A DNA stretch of 64,000 nucleotides from Coniocarpon cinnabarinum (lineage: Eukaryota). Both the position numbers and the translations under genes were made by a program. Positions 60,382-64,000 of the stretch are shown one piece after another; positions within the stretch are counted from its first letter, which is position 1, and each line of letters opens with the position of its first letter. Below the pieces are notes generated by a model. That model saw only the letters and a program-made list of their open reading frames with translations. It was not told where the DNA came from and made no database searches. The stretch lies in the NCBI GenBank assembly GCA_051942205.1, contig JAVECO010000048.1, forward strand, positions 1 to 64,000, written 5' to 3'.

Positions 60382-62225
60382 ATGGGTGTCGAAAATTTGC
60401 CGATTGAGGTTCGATCAAGCTTTGTAGCCCGTTCCTCCTTCTTGCCCACTGACACTCTTGCAGACAATCATCGAAGTAGCTTGCCATCTCCCTGACAAAG
60501 ACATATGCTCCCTTGCAGCTACCAGTCGCTATCTACACAATGCCATTGCCTGCGACCGCTCCCCGCTTTGGCGCATGCTCTTCGCGCAACAGTTCGATGG
60601 CGGCATCCTTGGACTCTCGTCCAACCAGGTTCGCTCGCAATACCAAGCGCTCAAAGAGTTGCTGAGCAACAAATCAAACACCAAATTCACGACCGGCGTG
60701 TCGTCTCCCGAGAAAGCATCACTCGTGTTGCTCCGCAATCTCATCATTGATAATGCGCCTCGATTCTCTGAGCCTACCAAAGCCAAGAACCTGCAAGCTC
60801 TGCGACAATTCTGCAAGGTTTCGGACCTCATGGACAATGTCCTGGAGCCTAAGAATCTGCATCACAAGCGTCGCCCTCTCCTTACCGCTGTGCAAATCTT
60901 GCTCTCCTTCGTGAGCTTCGACCTCTCCACCAACCCGCGCACCTTCAGCTTCCCGCAGTCTCAGGTCAAGGTCTACGCGACTCCTTATCGGAAGCCGATC
61001 TTCTTGGGTCAGAACAGGTCCCAGATTGACCTGATGTGGGTCTTGCACGTTATCAATTTCTTCAAGCATTACTTCACCACGCCACATACGGCGCTCGAGG
61101 ATGTTTACACGGATTTGGCGAGAGCAGAACACGTTCAGCCTTGGTCGCATAAGCTGAAGTCGGGAGTGACTCCTCTGTCTCATGGGTGGAAAGGCATTTA
61201 CGGTAAGTTGGTCGCGTACCTACCGCTTTTACTCCTTGGAGTGTTGATGTCAGTGACTGATCTATTGCCAGCATATCTGATGCAAAACGAGGTAGACAGC
61301 TTGCGCGACAAGGATCCGCCTGAGGATTTCGAAGATCGCTGGTGCGACAGCGACGACGTCTTTCAGGTACTACCAAAGACGCCACCGATCTCCACAGCCT
61401 TGCTGACATGATCAATAGTCCCTCAAAGTCCAAATGATCGCCAATGATCACGACCCCGCCTGGCCCGACTGCTTCGAGCGCCACCTCCACGCTCGCAACC
61501 ACCCCAGCGTCTCCTTCATGGAATCCGTGAAAAACGACCGATCCAATCACTGCCACTACCAATGCCGCGACAGCGGCCACGTCGACTCCAAAAACCCACA
61601 AGCCCGTCCCAAGACCACGCGCGCCCAGCTCAAACAGAACCCGAAAGCCGTTCTGGACAATGGACCCGAGAACAGCGACGCCGCTATATCGCTTCGCTTG
61701 GATCAACCCGCGGCATCACGCAACAAGGCGCCGTGCCTCACTCCGTGCACCTCCACCCCTTCAACTTCAACTTCAGCGAAGAGCCAACCCCACACCCACT
61801 GCTTCGACGCCAAGACGCTCCACCCCTTCGTCGCCACCGGCTCCGACGAAGAACTCTTCTTCGCAAGCGGCTTCGTCTCCTCTCTGCCCCCGCAACAGGG
61901 AATACCCGGCTGGCAGCGCTTCACAATGATGAAATATTTCGCCCCGGAGGACCTCGACGACTTCGTGCGCGACGGCGCCCTCAGCGTGCACGAGGTCGCG
62001 CATCTGGCTGCGGCCGCCGGGACCGACGGCCTCTGGGCTTATGAGGGGGTGGTGCTGCCCGGGGGAAATCTCGTCGTGGGGCGGTGGTGGAGTCCCGAGA
62101 GTGGGGAGGGGTTGGGGTTTCAGAAGGAGGTGCTCGGGGAGGAGGTTTATTCGGGGCCGTTCATGTGGTGGTGTGTTGAGCCGCGGCCGAAGATTTGGAA
62201 GGCCAGTGGGGAGGGCGCGCTGTGA
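60382..62225 (+). CDS. F-box domain protein
   Basis: MGVENLPIE|TIIEVACHLPDKDICSLAATSRYL (F-box). Introns 60409-60463, 61203-61271 and 61367-61418. C-terminal block GIPGWQRFTMMKY...WAYEGVVLPGG..VVGRWW...SGPFMWW. Confidence 0.85.
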
Positions 62226-62452
62226 GTGTGTTGTTTGGGCGGGCTGGATTTCGGTGACGCCTCGTGGGTTCGTCCGTTGGATGCAAAGGCTCGCACCGCG
62301 GATGACTGTCTTGTGCATTAGGCTTCACAGACACCAGCCTAATCTGGCTCGACTATCCACGAACATGGCTCTGCAGCATCGACGGATGAATCCACTCAAT
62401 CCATCGACACATCCAGGTCGCATCAATCACGACTGACGACTCATCCGCACAC

Positions 62453-62680
62453 TTGCATCACGGAGGCTTTCTGCAGGTTTCACATACCACATGCTTGATT
62501 CGTCGACACGTTCACGGCGTGAAGCGAATACGACTCGCCATTTACATGCATTTGCATCACGGAGGCTTTCTGAAGATATCACATACCATACTTTCACTTC
62601 ATCGATACGTTCACGGCGTGAAGCGATTCCAACCCACCATCTACATGCACATCTGAATCACGGAGGCTTTCTGAACATCT
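62453..62680. repeat. ~100-bp degenerate tandem repeat (2.3 copies)
   Basis: ATCACGGAGGCTTTCTG recurs at 62457, 62556 and 62657. CGTTCACGGCGTGAAGCGA recurs in the two full units. Confidence 0.9.
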
Positions 62681-63290
62681 ACGCATCACACACACTCATT
62701 TAGCTGAGATAGCCGTTCATAGATATCCGTATCACGTTCTTTCCCCTCGCGGACGTCTCAAATCAAAATTTCTCGCTCGACAGATAACCTCCGAGTCCTT
62801 GATGGATGAAGCATCTACGATGGCGCTGATGGAGATTGGGCATACATCAAGAATTGCGTTGCTTGACTCGTGGATTCTGTTTCATTATACCCTTTCTACG
62901 TTTGTATTACGCTATCTATGCTCGTCAGCGAATACGACGTGCGGTCCGCCTTCTCGTCGTGAATCCACGTGAGCAGCGCTTCTAATCCAGCAGAGACGTG
63001 TTGACGTCTTTCGACGTGCGCTGAGACATCTTGTGTAGCTTGGGAGGTGACGCCGTCTGAGACCTATGGCGACTTCCAATCGGTCGTGACATCGACCGAA
63101 ACGACCTCCCTTGTCCATCTCTCAAGCCAACTTCCGTGACGTTACCCCATCTCACGGCACGAATCCTCTTCTGATCATCTCGCGTCATCGCCACGGTCCT
63201 CGTACGTGTCCCATGTTCATAGCTATCCGCAACATCATCCATTGGTCCTGATGCGGTTTGTATCTCTTTTGACCGACGTCCAAAGGAACT

Positions 63291-64000
63291 CTACTCCTCC
63301 ATCGTCCGCACACATTCCCATCCCCCATCTCTCACTCTCTCCTTCCACAGCGTCACTTTGTTATCGCCACCGCTCACAGCCAGGACATTGCCCGTCAGGC
63401 TCCAGCTCACGCGCCAGATCACGCATTCGAATTTGAGCTCACTGCTTTGCCATGCCTCCGCCTTACTCATGTCGCCCGCATCGCCATGGTACGTCCATAT
63501 TCTGACGGTCTTATCCTGTGAGCCACTGGCGATGTACGTCTTTGACAGGAGAGAAGGCGACCAAGCTACATCTCTGACCCAATCGGAATGCCCCTTTAAC
63601 TCGGTAATGAGGTCGTAATTCCCCGTGCTGTGACTGTATCCCCAGAGCTTCAGGGAGCCATCACTGCCGCCGCTGACGAAGCGGCGCTCGCCATGCGTGG
63701 ACGCGGCGCCGGGCGTTGCGGCGCGCTCGAGGGTTCCGGGGAGGAGTGACGGCGCCCAGGATACGGCGTTGGCGGCGATGGGATGGGCGGGGATGATGGC
63801 CGTGGACCAGGCTGACTGTGGTGGTTGAGCGGTTGAGGGTGTGTCATTGAACGAAAGGACGGAGACGGATCCATCGGACGAGGCGCAGGCTAGATGCGCG
63901 CCCAGTTCATGGGGACTCCACGCAATTGAATTCACGGAAGCGGTATGCAATGCGAAATCCACGAGCCGCGTCCATTGCGGGCCGCCTGCGCCTGATGACG
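63291..64000 (-). CDS. SEC13: Sec13 (COPII/nucleoporin/SEA complex WD40 protein), 5' end outside window
   Basis: HTASVNSIAWSPHELGAHLACASSDG, HSDWVRDVAW, IASGSQDKTVRIW and WRVSWSLTGNVLAVSGGDNKVTLWKE. Confidence 0.95.
   Translation of the reverse strand, partial: SSGAGGPQWTRLVDFALHTASVNSIAWSPHELGAHLACASSDGSVSVLSFNDTPSTAQPPQSAWSTAIIPAHPIAANAVSWAPSLLPGTLERAATPGAASTHGERRFVSGGSDGSLKLWGYSHSTGNYDLITELKGHSDWVRDVAWSPSLLSKTYIASGSQDKTVRIWTYHGDAGDMSKAEAWQSSELKFECVIWRVSWSLTGNVLAVSGGDNKVTLWKERVRDGGWECVRTMEE

Noticed and set aside
62453..62680. CRISPR-like repeat-spacer pattern
   Set aside because: The intervening segments are homologous to each other, so this is a tandem duplication, not unique spacers.

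Overview
Eukaryotic, intron-containing DNA from a filamentous ascomycete (Pezizomycotina, inferred from GT-AG introns with CTRAC/CTRAY branch sites, RIP-mutated repeats and gene content). Bases 1-~4850 are an AT-rich RIP-degraded repeat block: a minus-strand Ty3/Gypsy retrotransposon (LTR, gag CCHC knuckle, RT, RNase H) interrupted by a second nested LTR element, then a small TIR-bounded relic. The rest is euchromatin. Recognisable genes are an AA9 LPMO, THOC3/TEX1, two GNATs, a loosenin/expansin-like DPBB protein, TRP4, SAH1, WHI2, GCN20, a GPI-anchored AA12-type PQQ dehydrogenase, an F-box protein and SEC13, plus several low-complexity hypothetical proteins and decayed relics. The most unusual items are: (i) a block between TRP4 and SAH1 where a HeLo-like (fungal STAND N-terminal) domain fused to a motif-dead G-alpha-like domain is flanked by two paralogous small genes I do not recognise, next to a divergent Oma1/M48 protease; (ii) a stand-alone, intron-containing RNase HI of non-LTR-retrotransposon type with an intact catalytic set; (iii) a probable GTG-initiated, PPxY-bearing N-terminal extension of Whi2. 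Gene models were spliced by eye, family calls come from motif recognition, and no database search was run.
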